DNA of 64,000 nt, taken from positions 1-64,000 of the IMG/VR virus record IMGVR_UViG_3300032240_002045. One strand, given 5' to 3'. The notes under the pieces were generated by a model, which saw only the letters and a list, made by a program, of their open reading frames with translations, was not told where the DNA came from and did no database searches. Below, one piece after another: positions 18,066 to 24,987 of the stretch. The position numbers and the translations under genes are program-made. How positions within the stretch are numbered: the stretch's first letter is position 1; each line of letters opens with the position of its first letter. The DNA comes from a virus.

Positions 18066-18144
18066 CGGCGTGTCGCTATTGGTTTTGTCGGTGAGTTAGT
18101 TTAGATTTATCTCATCAAGCAAACGGCTTGATTACCGATAGGAG
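18066..18144 (+). promoter_or_regulatory. Cassette 2 promoter: GTGTC box plus RecA-NDp/PafBC-type motif
   Basis: CGGCGTGTCG, TGTCGG-N10-TAGATT (18086-18107), 5' hairpin ATCAAGC/GCTTGAT, CCGATAGGAG. Confidence 0.75.
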
Positions 18145-18152
18145 AACAGAAA

Positions 18153-18638
18153 GTGACTACAACAACTAAGCCAACAGTACGCGAGGCTAAATTGGTAATT
18201 GACCACCAATTCACCCGTTTCATGGACGGTCAATACATTGACCCCCTAGCACTAGACATCATTGGCTATTCCGTAGCAAATGAAATGCAAATCCGCGATT
18301 ACCTTTTGGGGTACTCAATGGAAACAGGCGATAACACCCTCGCCGTCAAGTATGTAGCTCACCTAATTGAGCAAGGTATCTCCGAACAGTATCGTCACGC
18401 TTTCTATACTGTGCTTTCCGCGCTTTACTTTATGGACGGCGATAGCGACCTTGCTTTCTTAGCACTAGATGAGGCGAAAGCCCTCAAATCTGATTACGCC
18501 CTTGCTGGCTTGCTAACACGCGTCTATGGAACAGGGTGGAACAGTCAAGAGTTTCGCTCTATGACTGTGGAACTGCACCCAAAAGTGCTAAGCACGATAG
18601 AGGACATAGCAGACAACACGATTGAGCAAATCGCTTAA
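18153..18638 (+). CDS. DUF4192-like protein
   Basis: IRDYLLG...A..ALDEA......Y.LA.LL pattern. Confidence 0.55.
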   Translation: MTTTTKPTVREAKLVIDHQFTRFMDGQYIDPLALDIIGYSVANEMQIRDYLLGYSMETGDNTLAVKYVAHLIEQGISEQYRHAFYTVLSALYFMDGDSDLAFLALDEAKALKSDYALAGLLTRVYGTGWNSQEFRSMTVELHPKVLSTIEDIADNTIEQIA

Positions 18639-18648
18639 ATCCGCAATT

Positions 18649-18676
18649 CTCCCTGAGCATGGAGTTAAACTGCTCA
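18649..18676 (+). ncRNA. Compact H-type pseudoknot in an intergenic leader
   Basis: CTCC/GGAG and TGAGCA/TGCTCA crossing stems with TTAAAC loop. Confidence 0.55.
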
Positions 18677-18707
18677 CCCAACAACTACCGATAGGAAAGG
18701 TAATACC

Positions 18708-19124
18708 ATGTCAAGAGCATTAACAGTAAAAGTGCCGGTTACAAAAGTAATTGCGGCATTAGAGGCATCACTAGCAAAACTAGAAAAGGACTACTCAACT
18801 CAAGAGGGAAAGGAGGCTAAGTACCAAAAGGCACGCGAGGCATGGATTAAAGAACTAACCAACTATGCCATAGCAAACATCAAGAGCGCGGTTAATTTCC
18901 GTACTAACTATCGCGAATGGAATAACACCCTTAACATTGACTATGACATCACAGTTAATGAAAAGGACTTACCAAAAGAGCCGGAAAAAGATTTCGTTAC
19001 TATTCATCAACACTCTTACAATGATAGTAAAGAGGAAATCGAAAGTGCCCTCCGCATCTTAAAGATGACCGACGAGGAGTTCGTTGCCGCATCTACTATG
19101 AAAGCAATCTCCAAATACCTATGA
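18708..19124 (+). CDS. Hypothetical early protein
   Basis: CCGATAGGAAAGG RBS; coiled-coil N-terminus. Confidence 0.8.
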   Translation: MSRALTVKVPVTKVIAALEASLAKLEKDYSTQEGKEAKYQKAREAWIKELTNYAIANIKSAVNFRTNYREWNNTLNIDYDITVNEKDLPKEPEKDFVTIHQHSYNDSKEEIESALRILKMTDEEFVAASTMKAISKYL

Positions 19125-19207
19125 CTATGATGCCTGTCTGTGGGGAGTGCCGTAAGGCACTCTCCCCAGACGAATACGGATACGGACACGATTGTGAGGG
19201 GGAATGA
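19121..19207 (+). CDS. 28-aa CxxC...HxC micro zinc-finger
   Basis: MTMMPVCGECRKALSPDEYGYGHDCEGE; ATGA overlaps at both ends. Confidence 0.6.
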   Translation: MTMMPVCGECRKALSPDEYGYGHDCEGE

Positions 19208-19404
19208 TGAAAAAGCCTACATGTGCTAATTGCGGGGTGTTCCTTAAAGATGAGGAGATCCTCAACGCTATCTATTGGAATACGATCCTGTTTGGTAGCG
19301 AGCGCGTAGCTGAAGCTAATTGCGAAAAGTGCGAGGACTTTAACTACGCTAAAGAAAACTCAATCATTAAAGAACCACACCACAAGTACGATTGGCGGGT
19401 ATAG
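19204..19404 (+). CDS. Small CxxC...CxxC protein
   Basis: CANC...CEKC; coupled start. Confidence 0.65.
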   Translation: MMKKPTCANCGVFLKDEEILNAIYWNTILFGSERVAEANCEKCEDFNYAKENSIIKEPHHKYDWRV

Positions 19405-19430
19405 TTGGAGGCATGATGTAAACAATACTT

Positions 19431-19620
19431 AGGCGCTAGATCGGGCGCCTGTCTTATAAATGAGTCGATCTAGCTCGGCGGTCGGTGAACAGGAACCGCA
19501 CATGGGAAAGCTGCCACCCTCTGGCAGGTTATTAAGGCTCGCAATGATAAACGAGTAAGAGTGCCGTAGTCGGTACCGCCTTTGGGATCGCCCCGTAGCT
19601 AATCAGCTGCGGGGCTTTCT
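19431..19620 (+). ncRNA. Candidate structured non-coding RNA ending in a terminator
   Basis: ORF-free; multiple nested helices (see findings); GCCCCGTAGCT/AGCTGCGGGGC terminator. Confidence 0.5.
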
Positions 19621-19640
19621 CATGCTCGCGATTCGCGGAA

Positions 19641-19699
19641 TGTTTGTGTTGGCCCGCCCTCCCCATTCTATTTCATAGGGAATACATACAGGAGAGAGA
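19641..19699. repeat. Conserved inter-cassette element, copy 2
   Basis: TGTTTGTGTTGGCCCGCCCTCCCC...ATAGGGAATACATACAGGAGAGAGA. Confidence 0.85.
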
Positions 19700-19724
19700 T
19701 TTATAACGATTTGATAACGCTTTG

Positions 19725-19809
19725 CGACACGCCGTTGAAATGGTAGGAGATGTCGGTGGCATGCATTACCTTGTGCTTGTGGGTAACAATGCCTACAACA
19801 CGATAGGAG
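19725..19809 (+). promoter_or_regulatory. Cassette 3 promoter: inverted GACAC box plus RecA-NDp/PafBC-type motif
   Basis: CGACACGCCG, TGTCGG-N10-TACCTT (19751-19772), CGATAGGAG RBS. Confidence 0.75.
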
Positions 19810-19815
19810 ATTCAA

Positions 19816-20379
19816 GTGGGTTATTACGTAGATTTGGTGGATGCTGATTTTATCATCCCTGAGACAGAAGAGGTACTGCAGGCACTCCGCGAGATGCCTA
19901 AGAAGTACAAGTCAATACAGCGCGGTGGCTCATCTAATGGAGATAAGTGGTTCTCATGGATGAATGATGAAGAGATAGAGAGTGCTGAGAGTGCCCAATC
20001 TATATTTGAGGCTCTCGGATTTGAGTGCGAGAAGGACAAGTACGGGACTCCAAATACTTTCTCCCTGGAGTCATACAACAGCAAGACTGGACAAGAAGAC
20101 CTCTTCCTAGCCGTCGTTGCTCAATTCATGCCAGATGATGCATATACAGAGTGGCGCGGTGAAGACGGCGAGATTTGGCGCTACACAGTCAAGGGTAAGA
20201 AACTGATGGTTCAATCCTCTCGTATTGAGTGGAATTATCCTGAGACTTTCCGCGTGGCAAAATTCCATTCAACTGGCTCTTTCAAGGATAATACCTACCA
20301 ATCGCACACAATCTATGTAGACCCATATGAAGATGTGGATGCACAGATTCAAGCAAAATTGGAGAAGGTAAATGCCTAA
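19816..20379 (+). CDS. Hypothetical early protein
   Basis: GTG after RBS; SK.GQE..FL..VA......Y.EWRGEDG..WR motif. Confidence 0.8.
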   Translation: MGYYVDLVDADFIIPETEEVLQALREMPKKYKSIQRGGSSNGDKWFSWMNDEEIESAESAQSIFEALGFECEKDKYGTPNTFSLESYNSKTGQEDLFLAVVAQFMPDDAYTEWRGEDGEIWRYTVKGKKLMVQSSRIEWNYPETFRVAKFHSTGSFKDNTYQSHTIYVDPYEDVDAQIQAKLEKVNA

Positions 20380-21034
20380 CTGGGTCACTAATGAATTAAC
20401 AATCGAATGTGCTGATAGAGATTACCTACTAGCGGTTGGGGCGCGGTTACGCGCTCCAATCCCTGGAAGGGACGGTGACATTCATATAGTTACAGATACC
20501 AAGTTCTCATTTTGGAATATCACTGCTCCTACTGATTTAGATGCTTATCACAGCGTTTGCGATTCAGAGGGGATGAAGAACCCTGATAACTGGTACAACT
20601 GGAACATACGTAACTGGGGAGTTAAGTGGGATGCACGAGTTCATTCTGCTGATGTCAATCATGACTCCCTGACTTATGATTTTGATACAGCCTGGGCTCC
20701 ACCAATCAAAGCCTTAGAGTCTTTATGCGAAGAGTTACCTGACCTTAAGATTACCCTCCGCTACGTTGAAGAACAGGGCTGGGGTGGAGTTATGGTCTTT
20801 AAAGAAGGTGAGACTTATGAGATTGAGGAGTGGGATATCCCTGAGTCTCATGAAGAGGCTGTAAAGGCTTTTGGCGAGTGCTATCACTGCGACGACATTG
20901 GTAATCTCTATGGTGACTGCCCAGAAGCCATAGCATCACAGTCTCACGATCGTGACATTGAGTTAATGGGAGAATGCCGGTGGTGCGAGATTAACGAAGA
21001 TGGTCGCTACGACGATTGTCCGCCAAATGAGTAA
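20372..21034 (+). CDS. YubB/DUF1281 ferredoxin-like protein with two C-terminal Cys/His repeats
   Basis: MPNWVTNEL, WYNWNIRNWGVKWDA, FDTAWAPP. Confidence 0.8.
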   Translation: MPNWVTNELTIECADRDYLLAVGARLRAPIPGRDGDIHIVTDTKFSFWNITAPTDLDAYHSVCDSEGMKNPDNWYNWNIRNWGVKWDARVHSADVNHDSLTYDFDTAWAPPIKALESLCEELPDLKITLRYVEEQGWGGVMVFKEGETYEIEEWDIPESHEEAVKAFGECYHCDDIGNLYGDCPEAIASQSHDRDIELMGECRWCEINEDGRYDDCPPNE

Positions 21035-21110
21035 GGCAAGATGCCCGTGGTGCGGGGATGACTACGAAGTAACAGCGTGGGATCCACCGCACGAATGTAA
21101 GAAAGACTAA
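21027..21110 (+). CDS. 27-aa CxxC...HxC micro zinc-finger
   Basis: MSKARCPWCGDDYEVTAWDPPHECKKD, overlapping the upstream stop. Confidence 0.55.
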   Translation: MSKARCPWCGDDYEVTAWDPPHECKKD

Positions 21111-21134
21111 GTTTCCTCCTATCGGAAACGCCAG

Positions 21135-21163
21135 GCCCTAGCTGAGAAATCGGCTGGGGCTTT
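21135..21163 (+). terminator. Cassette 3 terminator
   Basis: GCCCTAGCTGA-GAAA-TCGGCTGGGGC-TTT. Confidence 0.8.
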
Positions 21164-21181
21164 GTGCGTTGCGCTTGCGGA

Positions 21182-21236
21182 TTTGTTTGTGTTGAAGCCC
21201 ACCCTCCCTCATTAGGGAAATAGGAGGAGGAGAGAG
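21182..21236. repeat. Conserved inter-cassette element, copy 3
   Basis: TTTGTTTGTGTTGAAGCCCACCCTCCC..ATTAGGGAAATAGGAGGAGGAGAGAG. Confidence 0.8.
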
Positions 21237-21305
21237 TGACCAGTCATGACTGCTTATGACCAGTTATAGGCGTGACTGGTCAGAGTTTATTAGTTGGGCG
21301 TCTTG

Positions 21306-21380
21306 CGGCGTGTCGATTGGATTAAGCGAGGAAGCCGAGTAAGTTGATCCTGTGGACATAAGTTCACCAAGAGATAGGAG
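21306..21380 (+). promoter_or_regulatory. Cassette 4 promoter and leader
   Basis: CGGCGTGTCG, TTGGAT-N17-TAAGTT, 5' hairpin GTGGAC/GTTCAC, GATAGGAG. Confidence 0.7.
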
Positions 21381-21386
21381 AAAATA

Positions 21387-21677
21387 GTGAGTGAGATGGG
21401 CAAGTTTTACAATGAGAGAGGCAAGGCCTTTTATAACCGTTATTACAAGCAATTAGAAGGCGCCAAGATAGTTCGCTATTACGGCATGTCTGAAGGAGAG
21501 TTCCCTACCTTTGAAGTGGAGTTATCTAACTGTCAGATTATTAAGATAGAGATCTCCCGCGATCCTGAGGGCAATGGCGGTGGCTTTGTGTTTGGTCTAA
21601 ATCATCCTGATATGGCTGACTGGGATAAGAAGCAAGCCCTATTAGCCCAATTACTGGAGGAGGAAGCTCATGCCTGA
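21387..21677 (+). CDS. Hypothetical early protein
   Basis: SRDPEGNGGGF motif; RBS. Confidence 0.75.
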   Translation: MSEMGKFYNERGKAFYNRYYKQLEGAKIVRYYGMSEGEFPTFEVELSNCQIIKIEISRDPEGNGGGFVFGLNHPDMADWDKKQALLAQLLEEEAHA

Positions 21678-21993
21678 GACGCTACCCTGCAGCGAGCGCA
21701 TTCGCGGTGAGCTAGCTCAGCGCAATGCCATGCTGCGCCAGGTTATGGACAATCCCAACCATGATGATTACTTTGATGACCCAGCTTTATCTATAGATCA
21801 CATGGATGTAACCCGCGTTTGTTTCTCTTACGGCGGTCCAAGCGACTACCTGGAGATCACCCACAATGGGCGGGACATTATTAAAGCCGAGTACCTGTTC
21901 CATGACTGGTATGACGGTGCCCGCGTGTCGGTCGACGAGGGCACGCCTATGTATGAGTATGCTAAAACCCTATTAGAGAACCAGGAGATGTAA
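21670..21993 (+). CDS. Hypothetical early protein
   Basis: SYGGPSD...Y.FHDWYDGA motif; GGAGG SD. Confidence 0.75.
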   Translation: MPETLPCSERIRGELAQRNAMLRQVMDNPNHDDYFDDPALSIDHMDVTRVCFSYGGPSDYLEITHNGRDIIKAEYLFHDWYDGARVSVDEGTPMYEYAKTLLENQEM

Positions 21994-22227
21994 ATGGAGC
22001 TTATGACGAGAGGTACCCTGCGGGGCACACAGCTGCAAAACGGAGCGCTGTGCATCGAGAGTTGGCAGATCAACCAGGATGAGCACGTAGTTCTAGCTCT
22101 GCGGGAGCATTCTTATGATCCCTATGTAGTGTGGACAGCTACAGAGGATGGAATCTGTTCCCGCGGCGATTACTGCCGCACGATCCAGGAGGCTGTAGCT
22201 GCAGCTGAGCGGAGGGCGGGGGTCTAA
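21994..22227 (+). CDS. Hypothetical early protein
   Basis: Coupled ORF; DPYVVW...GDY. Confidence 0.7.
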   Translation: MELMTRGTLRGTQLQNGALCIESWQINQDEHVVLALREHSYDPYVVWTATEDGICSRGDYCRTIQEAVAAAERRAGV

Positions 22228-22430
22228 TGGAAGGAACAATGACAAAAGAAGCTGTAGACACCCTGGTAGAGAGCTTCCTAGCTATTAAAGAGTGGGACGT
22301 TGTAGTCAATGCCCTGGCTTTGGAGGTATTAATAGCCATTCCGCGCTCGCCAGGTGATAGCTACACAGACGAAGAATGCGTTGAAATGATAGCTGAGGTG
22401 ACTGATCACTGGAGGAAGCTCAAGAGTTGA
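22227..22430 (+). CDS. Hypothetical early protein
   Basis: Coupled ORF; YTDEEC motif. Confidence 0.65.
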   Translation: MEGTMTKEAVDTLVESFLAIKEWDVVVNALALEVLIAIPRSPGDSYTDEECVEMIAEVTDHWRKLKS

Positions 22431-22446
22431 GTCGACACGGCTCAAG

Positions 22447-22488
22447 TTTGCTGAGCTGGCTGGGCGCGAGCCTGGCCGGCTCGGCAAA
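22447..22488. terminator. Long hairpin ending cassette 4
   Basis: TTTGCTGAGCTGGCTGGGC-GCGA-GCCTGGCCGGCTCGGCAAA (19 bp with G-U pairs, GNRA loop). Confidence 0.7.
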
Positions 22489-22538
22489 TGTTTGTGTTGG
22501 CCCACCCACCCCATAAGGGAATATATATAAAGAGAGAG
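22489..22538. repeat. Conserved inter-cassette element, copy 4
   Basis: TGTTTGTGTTGGCCCACCCACCCC-ATAAGGGAATATATATAAAGAGAGAG. Confidence 0.85.
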
Positions 22539-22902
22539 GTGATGCAGCTCACGGCGTGTTGCTATTGACTTATCCGGCCCATTCTGCCATGGGGCTCAAT
22601 TGTCGACAAAGCGATTTGCCGATCTAGGCTACTGCTAATTGTCGACAAAGCAACACTGCGGATACGGCCAGATTTACAGCCCATTCCCAGAATGACTTAG
22701 CTGATAACTACTAAGAGAGAGAGAGAGCAAGAGAGAGAGAAAGCCTTACAGGCTCAAATAGCCCTCTAGCCCTCAATATAACGATTAGATAACAATATGA
22801 CTATGAGCGTGGGAGAGCCTTGACTCTCTATGTATCCCTATGGTTATCATTCTCTTAACGGTGAAGGTATCACCGCGATATAAATTACAGTGAGGTATTA
22901 AC

Positions 22903-23040
22903 ATGGCAAAGAAAGCGTTCACACGCATTATTGATATAGAGACTGGCGAGGAGCTAGTTTCAGCTGATTTAACCGAAGCTGCTGCAAAGCGCTTCATTAA
23001 GTACTATCAGGTATTCGGCATATATGGAAAGGTGGCTTAA
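22903..23040 (+). CDS. 45-aa hypothetical protein MAKKAFTRIIDIETGEE...
   Basis: Read by hand; GAGG SD, upstream TTGACT promoter and 5' hairpin. Confidence 0.65.
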   Translation: MAKKAFTRIIDIETGEELVSADLTEAAAKRFIKYYQVFGIYGKVA

Positions 23041-23042
23041 TC

Positions 23043-23624
23043 ATGGCTATTGAGCAAGTCCTATATAAGGACTACCTAATCTCTATTGAACCTGATATGG
23101 AGCCTATGAACCCCCGCGAGTGGGATAACTTCGGCACTATGGTGTGTTTCCACAATAAGTACCGCCTAGGCGATACACACACTATTGATTCTCCCGACTT
23201 TAGCTCATGGAGCGAGGTGCGTGACTACATTGAGGCTGATCTAGGTGGCATGGTTATCCTGCCTCTATTCTTATATGACCATAGTGGTATCTCTATGTCA
23301 GTAGGTGCTCCCCGCGCCCAACACGCTTCATGGGATAGTGGTCAAGTTGGGTTTATTTATTGTACTGATGGCGACATGGTGCGCGAAAACCTCAAGGATC
23401 TTGAGCAAGCCGAAGCCTTACTTCGTGGTGAGGTTGCTGCATATAACCGTTACTTAACTGGAGACGTATATACCTACCGCATTGAGAAAGCTTCAACCTG
23501 TGATAGTTGTAATCATACCTCCGCGGAATTTGTAGACTCATGCAGTGGTTGGGATAGCGTCGATGATGCTATGAAAGAGGCTATGCAAGTAGTTGACTAC
23601 CAAGCTGCGCAGGTGAGCGCATGA
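23043..23624 (+). CDS. Conserved hypothetical phage/plasmid protein
   Basis: NPREWDNFGTMVCFH..Y.LGD, YDHSG, WDSGQVG, YL.GDVY, DSCSG. Confidence 0.8.
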   Translation: MAIEQVLYKDYLISIEPDMEPMNPREWDNFGTMVCFHNKYRLGDTHTIDSPDFSSWSEVRDYIEADLGGMVILPLFLYDHSGISMSVGAPRAQHASWDSGQVGFIYCTDGDMVRENLKDLEQAEALLRGEVAAYNRYLTGDVYTYRIEKASTCDSCNHTSAEFVDSCSGWDSVDDAMKEAMQVVDYQAAQVSA

Positions 23625-23764
23625 GTCAAGATCAAGAGTCAATTAGCTGGGGAGAGTTGGCGGAGCTAACTCATGCAACCCAAGTTGAACGGTTTAATTG
23701 GTGCTCATGCGAAGAGCAAGAGGACTTTCCCTATTCAGACTGCCCAAGAAAGGAGTTAGTATGA
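23621..23764 (+). CDS. 47-aa protein with H...CSC...YSDCP motif
   Basis: Read by hand; ATGA overlaps at both ends. Confidence 0.65.
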   Translation: MSQDQESISWGELAELTHATQVERFNWCSCEEQEDFPYSDCPRKELV

Positions 23765-24015
23765 CAAGAAAGTACTCTGTAAGAAAAGAAGTTGAACCCC
23801 GAAAATATTGTTCTGTGCAGTTTGATATGCAGATACGACTAGATTCTCCTGAAATAACTGATGAGCAATTAGAAAAGCTTATAGTTAACTTGAGAAAGTA
23901 TTCTAGAAAAGCCACGTATGACTCCGGGGTTCGAGCCCGTATGGTGCTTGTAACGGCGCAAGTTGGAGAAGCAAAAGTTGTCCCAGAGCAACATCCAGGA
24001 AAGGGGTTAGTATGA
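23761..24015 (+). CDS. Hypothetical protein
   Basis: AGGAG SD before MTRKYS. Confidence 0.6.
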   Translation: MTRKYSVRKEVEPRKYCSVQFDMQIRLDSPEITDEQLEKLIVNLRKYSRKATYDSGVRARMVLVTAQVGEAKVVPEQHPGKGLV

Positions 24016-24120
24016 GCTATAAGATAACCGCAGAAGTTGATGATCAATGGTTTGAGATTCTAGGCCAAATTACACGTCACCAAGAGGGTTTCGTGTGGAT
24101 GGGGGTAGAGGAGAATAAAG

Positions 24121-24351
24121 ATGGATTATGAGACAGTTAACCTAATAGTTGGGAGTATTAAAGTGTGTAAAAAAATACGCGCTACCGCCGTCATAGAGTA
24201 CGATATTGAAGAGGTACTAAGAGATTTACGTACGGACTTCCCTGATGAGGAGTTTACAGAAGAGAGTGTTGTGGATATGATTCATAACTGGATTAAAGAC
24301 GACTTCGGGAATACCCTCGCGGACGTCAGAATTGAGGAGATCAATGGCTAA
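24121..24351 (+). CDS. Hypothetical acidic protein
   Basis: GAGGAG SD. Confidence 0.6.
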   Translation: MDYETVNLIVGSIKVCKKIRATAVIEYDIEEVLRDLRTDFPDEEFTEESVVDMIHNWIKDDFGNTLADVRIEEING

Positions 24352-24634
24352 GAGAGTAACTGCTAACTTTAATGGTGAGCTTCGTAAAAACAATGTCAGA
24401 GGTGGTGGTTGGATTGCAGAATATTCAGTTACTCGAGCTGATCTAGATAAGCCTGTAGCTGCAAATTATTCAGCGTGGGCTAACCCATCAGCTGGTAAGA
24501 AGTGGTTGAAAGAGATGGTGCTAGCCCATACTCCTAAGAAGAGTATCAAGATGGTTGCCGGTACGGATAAAGATGATAAAGGTAAGCCTATTTACTTTAA
24601 TGGCGACGTTCCCTTTAAGGTTGATTTGGTTTAA
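24344..24634 (+). CDS. Hypothetical protein
   Basis: GAGGAG SD before MAKRVTA. Confidence 0.7.
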   Translation: MAKRVTANFNGELRKNNVRGGGWIAEYSVTRADLDKPVAANYSAWANPSAGKKWLKEMVLAHTPKKSIKMVAGTDKDDKGKPIYFNGDVPFKVDLV

Positions 24635-24816
24635 TGGAAGAGATCATTCCTGAGCCTAATTGGCTCCCAAGCGCTGACCCAACCGCAATTCCATATGAGG
24701 ATGATGAGGAAGATGAAGACGATCACGATCACGAAGACGACGGTGACGACGACGGTGACTACGACAAGCATGCACTTGACGAAATTACCTTTGGATTCAC
24801 CCAACCTACTAACTGA
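24634..24816 (+). CDS. Very acidic small protein
   Basis: Asp/Glu tract; TAATG coupling. Confidence 0.5.
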   Translation: MEEIIPEPNWLPSADPTAIPYEDDEEDEDDHDHEDDGDDDGDYDKHALDEITFGFTQPTN

Positions 24817-24947
24817 GCTGTACTCATACCTTGAAGATCAAGAGAGTTTAACTAAAACATAAGAGCGTTAAAGCATATCTAAACCTTTCTGATGCTAAGG
24901 ACGGTCATGACTCTCTCACTAGACGAGCCGCACCTGCGCTACTTATG

Positions 24948-24980
24948 AAAAAACCCCCGGTTATTAGCCGGGGGTTTTTA
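24948..24980. terminator. Bidirectional terminator (same core as 213-233)
   Basis: AAAAAACCCCCGG-TTATTAG-CCGGGGGTTTTT. Confidence 0.9.
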
Positions 24981-24987
24981 CTATTTG

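Noticed and set aside
19480-19530. Cobalamin riboswitch (GGGAA, GCCAC words; nrdJ present)
   Set aside because: Order and spacing do not fit the B12 box consensus, and it is not upstream of nrdJ
17971-22512. G-quadruplex in the conserved element (minus strand GGGGNGGGYGGG)
   Set aside because: Only three G-tracts per copy, so an intramolecular G4 is not supported
17957-22538. Repeated spacer element as a CRISPR array
   Set aside because: Copies are degenerate and 1.3-1.7 kb apart with genes between them; there is no cas operon
22714-22743. GA dinucleotide tract as a phase-variation switch
   Set aside because: Intergenic, interrupted and not between evident promoter elements; no support from a single sequence
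24885-24945. Hammerhead ribozyme at CTGATG
   Set aside because: CTGATGC rather than CTGANGA, and no correctly placed GAAA core with flanking stems
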